This document shows, piece after piece, positions 1 to 8,368 of a stretch of 32,000 nucleotides of DNA. The notes under the pieces were generated by a model that did not search any database, was not told the origin of the DNA, and saw nothing but the letters and a program-made list of their open reading frames with translations. This stretch comes from Pirellula sp. SH-Sr6A (GTDB lineage Bacteria; Planctomycetota; Planctomycetia; Pirellulales; Pirellulaceae). Both the position numbers and the translations under genes were made by a program. Numbering within the stretch: position 1 is the stretch's first letter; every line of letters begins with the position of its first letter. The stretch lies in assembly GCF_001610875.1 (NCBI RefSeq), contig NZ_CP011272.1:662397-694396 (forward strand), in the 5' to 3' direction.

Positions 1-6
1 AACCGT

Positions 7-1023
7 TTAACCAAACTGTTTGCCCAAAGCATTCGCAACGACTCGGCAGCGTTGCATCATGTCTTCGAACTGGGGGAAATCGAGGGATTGGTACCCATCG
101 CTCATGGCTTTCTCCGGATTCGGATGCATCTCGACAATGAGTCCATCCGCCCCGGCTGCTACGCAGGCGACCGCCATGTCGGTAACCATGTAGGAGTGTC
201 CCGTACCATGGGATGGGTCCATGATCACAGGCAAGTGCGTTTTCCGGTGGAGGTAAGGAATGGTCGCCAAGGGCAGCGTGAATCGCGTGTGCGTTTCAAA
301 CGTTCGGATTCCCCGTTCACAGAGCATGACATTGGGGTTTCCTTCATTGAGAATGTACTCCGCCGCGAGGAGCCATTCTTCCATCGACGCGCTGGGCCCT
401 CGTTTGAGGAGAACGGCGCGGCCTGACCGACCGACCGCTTCAAGCAGACGATAGTTCTGCATGTTGCGAGCCCCGATTTGCAGCACATCGGCGTACTTGG
501 CAACGAGGTCGACATCTTCCGTGCTCATGACTTCGGTGAAGATCGCCAATCCCGTTTCTTGCCGGGCCAAGGCGAGGAGCTTCAGACCTTCTTCCTTCAT
601 CCCTTGGAAGGAATATGGGCTGGTGCGCGGTTTGAATGCGCCCCCTCGAAGCCCCGTTGCGCCCGCTGCCTTCACAGCGCGTGCGCAGGCCATAATCTGC
701 TCTTCGCTTTCGACGGAGCAAGGCCCCCCGATTGCGCCAACTGCTCCTCTCCCTGCCTTGAAATCAAGGACCTGGATTTGCGACATCTCAGGACGAACTT
801 CCTTTGATGCCATCTTGTAAGGAGCCAGAATTGGGAGGACTTCCGAAACACCAGGATAACTCTCAAACGACTCGACTTTAATCTTCCGTTCATCGCCAAC
901 CGCTGCGATGACGGTGCGTTCCGTCCCTCGAATCACATGAGACTTCATCCCGAGTTCCGTGACGCGGTTGGCAATTCTTTCGATTTGCTCATCCGTGCAC
1001 GAGTTCTCCATTACGACAATCAT
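7..1023 (-). CDS. 3-deoxy-7-phosphoheptulonate (DAHP) synthase, type I-beta (AroG/AroF-like)
   Basis: 338-aa ORF with an N-terminal ferredoxin-like regulatory stretch followed by the DAHP synthase motifs [23 protein letters not shown] and DPSHGTG. Confidence 0.95.
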   Translation of the reverse strand: MIVVMENSCTDEQIERIANRVTELGMKSHVIRGTERTVIAAVGDERKIKVESFESYPGVSEVLPILAPYKMASKEVRPEMSQIQVLDFKAGRGAVGAIGGPCSVESEEQIMACARAVKAAGATGLRGGAFKPRTSPYSFQGMKEEGLKLLALARQETGLAIFTEVMSTEDVDLVAKYADVLQIGARNMQNYRLLEAVGRSGRAVLLKRGPSASMEEWLLAAEYILNEGNPNVMLCERGIRTFETHTRFTLPLATIPYLHRKTHLPVIMDPSHGTGHSYMVTDMAVACVAAGADGLIVEMHPNPEKAMSDGYQSLDFPQFEDMMQRCRVVANALGKQFG

Positions 1024-1074
1024 TTGAGACCTGACTTGCTAAAAACGTGTTGCAGAAAAGGGGTGAAGCGAAGG

Positions 1075-2127
1075 TTACTCGACAAACAAATAACGCCAGA
1101 CCGCTTCATGGGCGAAGGTGCCATCCGGGTTCTTGATCGCAGATTTTCCTGGTGCGGAAACCCCGTGAGCACGATCTTTGTCCCCTTTGACATCCGCGTT
1201 GGTGACCAGTTGGTGCGATCCTCCGAAAGGCGGGGGAACCTGATCGACATCCGTGATCGGTCCGAATGCATCCAAGCCTAACATTTTCCAAGATCTCGGA
1301 TAGTGATTTCCTGTCCAACCTGTGTCCAAGACGTGAGTGAACCCAAAGAAACGATCCTTGGGAGTCGCGGATGGGAGCGCGTACCAATTCTCATTTTGGT
1401 CTCTTGGCCCGGAGAGCATGACGACTCGGTTTACCTTTTGATGAAGAGCAAATCGACACGCGGTCGTCGATCCGTGGGAAGCTCCCGCGAGGATCACTCG
1501 ATCCCAACGAACATCCCCCGTGGATTTATCCAAGAAGTATCCCCACTTCCCCTCGGGATTCTTTTGATCCAACCATCGCAGCATAGATCGCGTCCGCCCC
1601 ATAATGCTATCGGGTTTCGGAATCGATACCGTTTCGCTCACATCCTCGCCGATGGCGGCTTCCAAGCGAATCCGACCCAGGTATTTGTCATCGGGCGGCG
1701 GTTCACGATTGAGTCGTTTGAACCAGCCATTGGCGTAATGAACTTGGATCGCGTGATGACCATAACTATTGAGACGCTCAAACAACGGAGCATTGTAGCC
1801 CATCAACCAAATCACCAATTTGCCGGTCGGCTTCACACGTGTGTCGACCGATGCATTCTCGAAATCGGCTGGCTTCCCATCCTTTTCAAAGAAGTGATCG
1901 ATTTCCGGATGGGCTTTCGCCTCCGGGTCGACCTCGCTCGACCGAACTTTCCATTGATACAGCTTTCCTTCCTGTGGATTGTCAAAAGCCAACGACTCTT
2001 GACCGAACGAGACCGCGCAGAGCGCTACGAAAGCTCCAACAAATCCCGTAGCACGCAACGCGCACACCATCAAGCTTGACGTCCGGCTCAAGAGCAAGAC
2101 CTGATCGGAGAGGAACCGATTGGACAT
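1075..2127 (-). CDS. Secreted alpha/beta-hydrolase-like protein
   Basis: 350-aa ORF with a hydrophobic N-terminus (MVCALRATGFVGAFVALCAVSFGQ; the start may be internal near 2070). It contains GASHGS, a nucleophile-elbow-like motif, and a C-terminal His in FAHEAVW. Confidence 0.6.
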   Translation of the reverse strand: MSNRFLSDQVLLLSRTSSLMVCALRATGFVGAFVALCAVSFGQESLAFDNPQEGKLYQWKVRSSEVDPEAKAHPEIDHFFEKDGKPADFENASVDTRVKPTGKLVIWLMGYNAPLFERLNSYGHHAIQVHYANGWFKRLNREPPPDDKYLGRIRLEAAIGEDVSETVSIPKPDSIMGRTRSMLRWLDQKNPEGKWGYFLDKSTGDVRWDRVILAGASHGSTTACRFALHQKVNRVVMLSGPRDQNENWYALPSATPKDRFFGFTHVLDTGWTGNHYPRSWKMLGLDAFGPITDVDQVPPPFGGSHQLVTNADVKGDKDRAHGVSAPGKSAIKNPDGTFAHEAVWRYLFVE

Positions 2128-2176
2128 TCAACTTAACCTTTACAAGTGAGATGCGACTATTTTGTGGCTCTGTTCC

Positions 2177-2845
2177 TTATCGCCCGATAAGCGACAGGAC
2201 GGCTCCAAACAAGCCTAACAGCAAGAAGAAGATCAGTATACCTACGAGAATGCGGACAATGATCGATGACTTGTATTTGATATGCGGCGTTTGTTCGATC
2301 ACGGCTCGGTATTGGGGCGAGAAAACAAACTCCCCTTTGGCGGAAAGCATTAGGTAGAGGACGTATCCACCGATCAGGGTTCCAAGCGGAAAGCCGAGCA
2401 ATCCAATTCCCGCGATCACGCTTGCTGCGATCCGGCTGTAAGGACGTAGCCTTCGCAATCCATAGGCGGTCCACAGTTGCACACCCGTCAGCGTGAGTAC
2501 GAAGAGACTGAACACCCACATGGTGACAGCGAAGATCATCCGTTCATTTTCGCCAGCTTGCTGTCCTGACAATCCGCCGGTGAGTGCAACGAATCCTATC
2601 CCCAGATAGAGAACGCCAGCCAACAAACCAAAGAAGCCACCTAAGTAGTACAAGGTCCCGATCGATTTCACGGAGGCTTCATGATTCAGATACATTCGGC
2701 GCACGCTCTCGGCATCCCCGACAGTCGGGCCGGTCATGTATTCGGTGGATTGCACAGCGTAGGGGTTTGAACTCATTGGTTTCTCACGGGCTTTCAAGGC
2801 GAAAAGTGATCGAGAAAGAGGGACGATTTGCAAATCATACACCAT
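2177..2845 (-). CDS. Multi-pass membrane protein of unknown function
   Basis: 222-aa ORF with about four hydrophobic segments, e.g. YYLGGFFGLLAGVLYLGIGFVAL and IIVRILVGILIFFLLLGLFGAVLSLI. Confidence 0.6.
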   Translation of the reverse strand: MVYDLQIVPLSRSLFALKAREKPMSSNPYAVQSTEYMTGPTVGDAESVRRMYLNHEASVKSIGTLYYLGGFFGLLAGVLYLGIGFVALTGGLSGQQAGENERMIFAVTMWVFSLFVLTLTGVQLWTAYGLRRLRPYSRIAASVIAGIGLLGFPLGTLIGGYVLYLMLSAKGEFVFSPQYRAVIEQTPHIKYKSSIIVRILVGILIFFLLLGLFGAVLSLIGR

Positions 2846-2912
2846 TTTTTGCGCTCGGTTTCATCCGAATGCTTGTTCCGCATCGAGACGGACTATTGCG
2901 GTCTCCCCCCCT

Positions 2913-3674
2913 TTATTCTTCCCGTTTTGGTTGCCGAATGAACATCGGTTTGCGGGCTGCTTCCTCTCGTATCGCTTCGACCGAAAGGGTTCCGCTGCGC
3001 GAGGAATGGGTCTCGGGTCCCCCTCGCCTTTCGGACTCCTCTCGGGTGCGAATCGAAGCGGGCTCGGTCGGAATAGTGGAGCTCAATAACGAGGGAATCC
3101 CAGCTCCTCTTTCTTCTCGCATGTCCAGACGCGGGGGTTCATACGCATGGTCTGGCCATTGGCCGGCCTGCGATGTCCCACGGCTGGGTTGGGGGGAAGA
3201 CGTTAGCATTCCGGTTCCCGATCGATTTTCTTTTCCGCTGACCCACGGTTCAGGAGGACGAGAGAGGTCGCGACTCAAATCCCCTCCGATCGGAGCGATC
3301 GTGGGAAGAGATGGAATTGGTTCCGTTGCCGCCAGTTCGCCCAAGTTCTTTTTGTAGGAAGGGACGGGCAGAAGTCCGTTCCTCGCCGACGGGATTAATT
3401 CACCCGACGCATTGGATAAGGTGTTACCTGTTCCCTGCAAGGTCGTGTCGACATCCAGCGCTGGCCTGACCAACTCGGCTTCATCCCATACATCTGGAGA
3501 GGGTGTGTGATCCCAGTTCGAGTAAGCCGCTTGGCCTGCATCCGGGGGAAGAGGCTTATACCAATACCAAGTACTGAACGAACCGGCAGCCACAATAAGT
3601 ATGCCGAGCGTCCAAGGCTTGCGCGGCGGGACATCTACATGAGGTGGTGCTGGGGGTGATTTCTTTCGGCTCAT
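2913..3674 (-). CDS. Single-pass membrane-anchored, proline/serine-rich hypothetical protein
   Basis: The ORF is open from 3734, but the internal start MSRKKSPPAPP at 3674 is more plausible. One hydrophobic segment (PWTLGILIVAAGSFSTWYW) is followed by a low-complexity polar region. Confidence 0.5.
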   Translation of the reverse strand: MSRKKSPPAPPHVDVPPRKPWTLGILIVAAGSFSTWYWYKPLPPDAGQAAYSNWDHTPSPDVWDEAELVRPALDVDTTLQGTGNTLSNASGELIPSARNGLLPVPSYKKNLGELAATEPIPSLPTIAPIGGDLSRDLSRPPEPWVSGKENRSGTGMLTSSPQPSRGTSQAGQWPDHAYEPPRLDMREERGAGIPSLLSSTIPTEPASIRTREESERRGGPETHSSRSGTLSVEAIREEAARKPMFIRQPKREE

Positions 3675-3824
3675 AGCGCATGGATCCTCATAGAAGTGAG
3701 TCGCTACATCCATGCAGCAGGTCGACAATTTCACATCGTCGACATCGACTTGAGCCCCTGCACCACTTCAAAAAAAGAGAAAAGGTGGGTTTGCAACGAT
3801 TGAACCGAAAAGATCGGCATCGAA

Positions 3825-4751
3825 TCAGGGGGCGCGAGGAGGCGAAACAGGTCGAGGGGCCGCACCTGGCAACCGGCGTCGCACCGACGCGAATACATGC
3901 TGGGCGGAGTAGGCAAGCTCCGAGATGATCTCATCGATCTTGTTTCTAAAAATAGCAAAGGCCCCCATCGCGGGAATCGCAATGGAGAGTCCCGCGACAG
4001 TCGTCACCAGCGCGGAGTAAATACCGCTCGCCAAATCTGCAGCCCCAGCCGAACCTGCGGAAATAGCGACTTCCCGAAACGCGAGAATCATCCCTGTGAC
4101 CGTGCCGAGCAACCCGAGCATGGGTGCTAAGTTTCCGATGACGGTCAAGTACTCGAGCTTGCGATACAAGCGAGCGGCTTGCTCGGCCGTCGAGTCCTCC
4201 AACGCTTTTTCCACGGCGGGCCACCCGAATTCGATTTCAGCAATCCCGTTAAGCAAGACAAACGACAGGGGACAAGGTCGTTCGCGACAAAGTTGATCGG
4301 CCTCTTTCAGTTTCCCTTGCGCGAGCAGTGTTCGAACGGATTCCGTTAAATCGGCAGGAATCAAATCCTTGCGACGAAGCCCGAGCGCTTGATCGACGAC
4401 GAGATAGACCGAAACGACCGAAAGAACGATCAGGATCACCATGATCGTGATTCCCATGATCCCGCCGCTGAAGATGATCTCCATCAAGCTGTCGTCGGCC
4501 GCATTGGGCTTGGACGGAGAACTTGCACCCGCTGGAGTCGGAGCGTTGCTAGCTGGCGTCGCCCCGGTTGGGAGATTCGTGGAGGGGGGATTCGTGGCGG
4601 TCGCTGACGTTTGTCCGAAGAGAGGCGTTTTGAATACCAACACACACAGCAGCACTGTCAAGGCAGCCAAGACATAGGTGCCCCAGCGCAGAAGGAATAC
4701 AAACCGCAGCAAGGAACTAGACGAAAGAGATGGCTGCGGTTTGAAATTCAC
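3825..4751 (-). CDS. MotA/TolQ/ExbB proton channel family protein
   Basis: 308-aa ORF. The C-terminal half has the TolQ/ExbB pattern (YLTVIGNLAPMLGLLGTVTGMILAF, SGIYSALVTTVAGLSIAIPAMGAF). GTG start overlaps the upstream stop (GTGA). Confidence 0.9.
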   Translation of the reverse strand: MNFKPQPSLSSSSLLRFVFLLRWGTYVLAALTVLLCVLVFKTPLFGQTSATATNPPSTNLPTGATPASNAPTPAGASSPSKPNAADDSLMEIIFSGGIMGITIMVILIVLSVVSVYLVVDQALGLRRKDLIPADLTESVRTLLAQGKLKEADQLCRERPCPLSFVLLNGIAEIEFGWPAVEKALEDSTAEQAARLYRKLEYLTVIGNLAPMLGLLGTVTGMILAFREVAISAGSAGAADLASGIYSALVTTVAGLSIAIPAMGAFAIFRNKIDEIISELAYSAQHVFASVRRRLPGAAPRPVSPPRAP

Positions 4752-5890
4752 GGTCCTAATTTCCTGCTTAGGTCTTGGATGCGTTCTGCGTCTTGCGATC
4801 GGTTGGTGGATTGTACTAATTGTTGGGCTTGAGCGAGAGCCGGCTTAGCGAGATAAGGCTTTTCGGGATGCAAAATGCCGACGCGGAGGAACTCCTCCAA
4901 TGCTCTTGGCGAATCCCCAGATCGCAATAGTTTCTCTGCCATCAAAAAAGTGGGACCGGCTTGAAAGGGGAGAGGCATCGAATCGCGAAGTCCGGTCCAT
5001 TGCCCTAGTCGCTCGGCGGAGAGCTCTTTGGGCGCGTACGTTTTCCAAAGCTGTGCCGCGGCGTAGTTTCCGAGGACACTTTTATCAGGAGACTGCGATA
5101 GGCGTTGCAGGGTTCTTACCGCCTCATCGCGTCGATCCGAATCGAGCAGCCACGCCGCACCCATCAGTTGTAACGGGGGCCGAGCGTCCTCGAGCCATCC
5201 CACCGCCAGTTCCTGCACTTTCGCGCGGTCCTTGATCTCCGCCGAAGTCGCTGTCCAAGGAATTGGCATAGCAGTCAGGAGCAGCGGAGGAGGCTGGTCC
5301 TTTGCCAAGGCTGCGTATAGCAAACAAGCCCTTTCCCAACGATTCATGGCGATAGAGCACTCTACCAGCTCGGCGATCAAGACCCGTTGTTGCCAGCGCG
5401 GGGTTCCCGGTTGCTCCGATTTCTGCCCTAGCAGACGCCCTCCCTTCGCGATCGCGTCCGCGAACCGGCCGGCCATAAAGTCAGCGTGTAGGGTCGCGGC
5501 AAGGTCATTTTCCCATTTCGGTTCGATTCGCACGACATTGGGAGAGGGCAGAACGACTTTATCTAACGAATCGCGTCGCACGACGATGAGATCTTTGTCG
5601 TTCCAATCGAGCACCACGGCGTTTTCGACCGTCACGTCTGGAGAATTCCACTGTTTCAGCGACGAGTCGAGCGATTCGATACGATGAATGGTGCTCGGTC
5701 CTTGGAAACGAGCAACGGCTTGACGGTACAACTCGCTGGAATCGAGAGCCGTAGAATCTTCCCCCCGCGACTCCAAAACTTGATTTTTGGGACTCGTGGA
5801 TTCTTGAGCCCGTGCGTCAGACCCGCGGAAAGGGATCCCCGCCAAGGCGACGAGGAAACTCAAAAAGAAAGGTGAAACTCGGAGCATCAT
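4748..5890 (-). CDS. Secreted repeat-like hypothetical protein (possible TPR-type helical repeats)
   Basis: 380-aa ORF with signal-like N-terminus MMLRVSPFFLSFLVALAGIPF...ARAQE and helical segments such as FLMAEKLLRSGDSPRALEEFLRVGILHPEKP. Overlaps the ExbB-like gene by 4 bp. Confidence 0.6.
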   Translation of the reverse strand: MMLRVSPFFLSFLVALAGIPFRGSDARAQESTSPKNQVLESRGEDSTALDSSELYRQAVARFQGPSTIHRIESLDSSLKQWNSPDVTVENAVVLDWNDKDLIVVRRDSLDKVVLPSPNVVRIEPKWENDLAATLHADFMAGRFADAIAKGGRLLGQKSEQPGTPRWQQRVLIAELVECSIAMNRWERACLLYAALAKDQPPPLLLTAMPIPWTATSAEIKDRAKVQELAVGWLEDARPPLQLMGAAWLLDSDRRDEAVRTLQRLSQSPDKSVLGNYAAAQLWKTYAPKELSAERLGQWTGLRDSMPLPFQAGPTFLMAEKLLRSGDSPRALEEFLRVGILHPEKPYLAKPALAQAQQLVQSTNRSQDAERIQDLSRKLGP

Positions 5891-5961
5891 AGGTTTACGA
5901 GTTGGCCGATTCCGAAAACAATCTTTAGCCTACCTGATCCTAACTCCTTTCACTACACCGT

Positions 5962-6552
5962 ATGTCGAAACTACAGCTCGTCACTTATCCGCATCCGATC
6001 CTTCGGCACCGCTCGAAACCGATTCAACGGGTGGATGCTCAGTTTAAAGATCTGATCGAGCAGATGTTCGAAATCATGTATGAGTTCAAAGGCGTTGGTC
6101 TAGCCGCCAACCAAGTGAACTTGCCCATCCGAGTTTTCATCGCGAATCCGACCGGGGATCCCGATGAAAAAGATCAGGAGATGGTATTCATCAATCCGGT
6201 GATCAACAAACCAAAAGGGAGTGTCGAAGCCGAAGAGGGATGCCTGTCGCTCCCCGGCATCAACGCGCAGGTCAAGCGCAGTAAATCCTTGCAGGTCAAT
6301 GCGTATGATCTCTCCGGCAACGAGATCGCAGGAGAAGTCGATGGGTTTCTCGCTCGAATCATTCAGCATGAACTCGATCATCTCGACGGCATGCTCTTCA
6401 TCGACCGATTGGCGGACGAAACCCTTCGCCCTCTGATCGAGGATATCGCTAAACTGGAGCGCCGTTTCATCGAGGGGCGCGAACTCCATCAGATTCCCAA
6501 CGATGGTGAACTTGCGGAAGAACGCACCCAATGGGAAAGCAAATACTGCTAG
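5962..6552 (+). CDS. def: Peptide deformylase
   Basis: 196-aa ORF with all three deformylase motifs: GVGLAANQVN, EEGCLSLPG and QHELDHLDG. Confidence 0.97.
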   Translation: MSKLQLVTYPHPILRHRSKPIQRVDAQFKDLIEQMFEIMYEFKGVGLAANQVNLPIRVFIANPTGDPDEKDQEMVFINPVINKPKGSVEAEEGCLSLPGINAQVKRSKSLQVNAYDLSGNEIAGEVDGFLARIIQHELDHLDGMLFIDRLADETLRPLIEDIAKLERRFIEGRELHQIPNDGELAEERTQWESKYC

Positions 6553-6642
6553 GCCCATCGTAAGTCGCATCGCCGACAACTTCTGCTATATTGCGATGTT
6601 CCAATTCATTTGCCAATAGTGGCCAATTGTGAGAGTACAACT

Positions 6643-7521
6643 ATGCGATGGGAAGGCCGGGAAGAATCGAGCAATATCGAAGACCGTAGGGGCATGGCAT
6701 TGCCTGCCGGCGGGATGGCATTGGGTGGAGGTCTCGGATCGGTGGTCCTGCTGATTATCCTCATGTTGCTCGGAGCCAATCCGCAGCAGATCATCGAGCA
6801 AGCCGGCGACCGACCTGCATTCCAAGACAATACAGCGCCCCCGCTCTCACCCGAATCGGACAAAGATGCCGATCTGAAGCGGTTCGTCTCGGTCGTCATG
6901 AAAGATACCGAGGATGTGTGGAACAAACTCTTTAAGGAACAGTTGGGGGCACGCTATCAGGAGCCCAAGCTCGTCCTCTTCACCGGTGCTGTTCGATCGG
7001 CTTGCGGCGTCGCTTCCTCGCAAGTCGGACCCTTCTATTGCCCCGGGGACAATAACGTCTATTTGGATTTTGATTTCTTTCGACAGCTCAAAAACGAGCT
7101 GGGAGCACCGGGTGATTTCGCCATGGCCTATGTCATCGCCCACGAAGTCGCTCACCACGTTCAAAACCAGCTTGGTATTTCGAACAAGGTTCGGCAGTTG
7201 GAAGCTCGGGGGAGTAAAGAAGAAGCCAATCAACTCAGCGTTCGCCTCGAATTGCAAGCGGATTATTTGGCTGGCGTATGGGTGCATCACGCCCAGATGA
7301 ACAAACGGATCTTGGAAAAAGGTGACTTGGAGGAGGCCCTCCATGCAGCCAGTCGCATCGGCGATGACTTCCTACAAAAACGAGCCAAAGGCTACGTCTC
7401 CGAAGAATCCTTCACACACGGTACGTCCGAACAGCGGGTCAACTATCTTAGAAAAGGGATTGAGACCGGGGATCTCCAAGGGATGATGAAGCTTTTTGAA
7501 ACCTCGTACGGATCCCTGTAA
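6643..7521 (+). CDS. Putative neutral zinc metallopeptidase (YpfJ-like)
   Basis: The ORF is open from a TTG at 6610; the likely ATG is 6643 (MRWEGREESSNIEDRRG). Motifs: FYCPGDNNVYLDFDFF, the zinc site AYVIAHEVAHHVQNQLG, and RLELQADYLAGVW. Confidence 0.93.
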   Translation: MRWEGREESSNIEDRRGMALPAGGMALGGGLGSVVLLIILMLLGANPQQIIEQAGDRPAFQDNTAPPLSPESDKDADLKRFVSVVMKDTEDVWNKLFKEQLGARYQEPKLVLFTGAVRSACGVASSQVGPFYCPGDNNVYLDFDFFRQLKNELGAPGDFAMAYVIAHEVAHHVQNQLGISNKVRQLEARGSKEEANQLSVRLELQADYLAGVWVHHAQMNKRILEKGDLEEALHAASRIGDDFLQKRAKGYVSEESFTHGTSEQRVNYLRKGIETGDLQGMMKLFETSYGSL

Positions 7522-7553
7522 TCCCTTATCCCGATCGCCTTACCGAGCAATCT

Positions 7554-8300
7554 ATGGCCGTTCGCCTGCCTGTTGTACTCTGCCAGCACCCCCGACGATC
7601 AGGGGCCCACTCGGAGCACGAGGAAACCTGGATCACGCGACTCCTTTTCGAAGAGCGACTCGATGCGACCCTGATCGCCGATTTGGGAACCATCCCGCGT
7701 GACTCGACCGATCAACTTTGTTTGGAGGGATTCAAGGGTGGTTTTCTTTTGTTGTCGTGGCAGTCTGCAGAATCCGTCGCCGAGCACTTGCAGCGACTAG
7801 GAATCGTACCAATCGATCTCATCCCGGTTGGAGGGGGTCCGAAAATCGCGATCGCGATGGAGCCATCGCAATCCGAGTCCCCTCCCACGCTGGCATTGCT
7901 TCGTGAAACTCCTTCTTCAAAGCGAGTTTACTACATGCACCTCGATCTCCAGCGGTCGATCGACGCGGGGGTTCGAGAGCTCCGAGGATTGCTGTCATCC
8001 CTGTCCACTCCAGTATTTCAGCTTCAGTCACTTGCTCCTGGTGCGCGCGGAGGAGCAGGAGTAAAAACGACAGCGGTTCCGACTCCGACGCAGGAGTTGG
8101 ACAATCCAGCCGTTCGGGTCGTGCAATCTGTCTTGACTCCACAAAGGGAACCGAGTCAGATCCCCCCCGCCGCGCCAATAGGTGCCTTTTCCGTAGCCCC
8201 TCCCGCGGCCAAGACAAACACGCCGGTGGTTTCCAAGATGGATGAGGACTTTCCGAACATCGATTCGTTGGTTCGAGAGCTCGACGAATTCGATCTCTGA
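7554..8300 (+). CDS. Hypothetical protein
   Basis: 248-aa ORF with normal spacing after the metallopeptidase gene. It has a globular N-terminal part, a Pro/Ala-rich linker and an acidic C-terminal tail (DEDFPNIDSLVRELDEFDL). Confidence 0.6.
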   Translation: MAVRLPVVLCQHPRRSGAHSEHEETWITRLLFEERLDATLIADLGTIPRDSTDQLCLEGFKGGFLLLSWQSAESVAEHLQRLGIVPIDLIPVGGGPKIAIAMEPSQSESPPTLALLRETPSSKRVYYMHLDLQRSIDAGVRELRGLLSSLSTPVFQLQSLAPGARGGAGVKTTAVPTPTQELDNPAVRVVQSVLTPQREPSQIPPAAPIGAFSVAPPAAKTNTPVVSKMDEDFPNIDSLVRELDEFDL

Positions 8301-8368
8301 CCACCCTCACTTAGCCCTACAATTCTCTTCCTCTCATCTAGATCTGTTCTACCCACTTAGAAAAAGGA

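Noticed and set aside
937-1281. Many overlapping antisense ORFs in the supplied track, this one being an example
   Set aside because: Long shadow ORFs are expected opposite high-GC coding sequence. They lack recognisable motifs and lie opposite well-supported genes.
2176-2191. Palindrome cttatcgcccgataag at the end of the membrane-protein gene
   Set aside because: Only 7 bp per arm with a 2-nt centre, and it overlaps the stop codon; too short and constrained by coding sequence to call a regulatory site or terminator.
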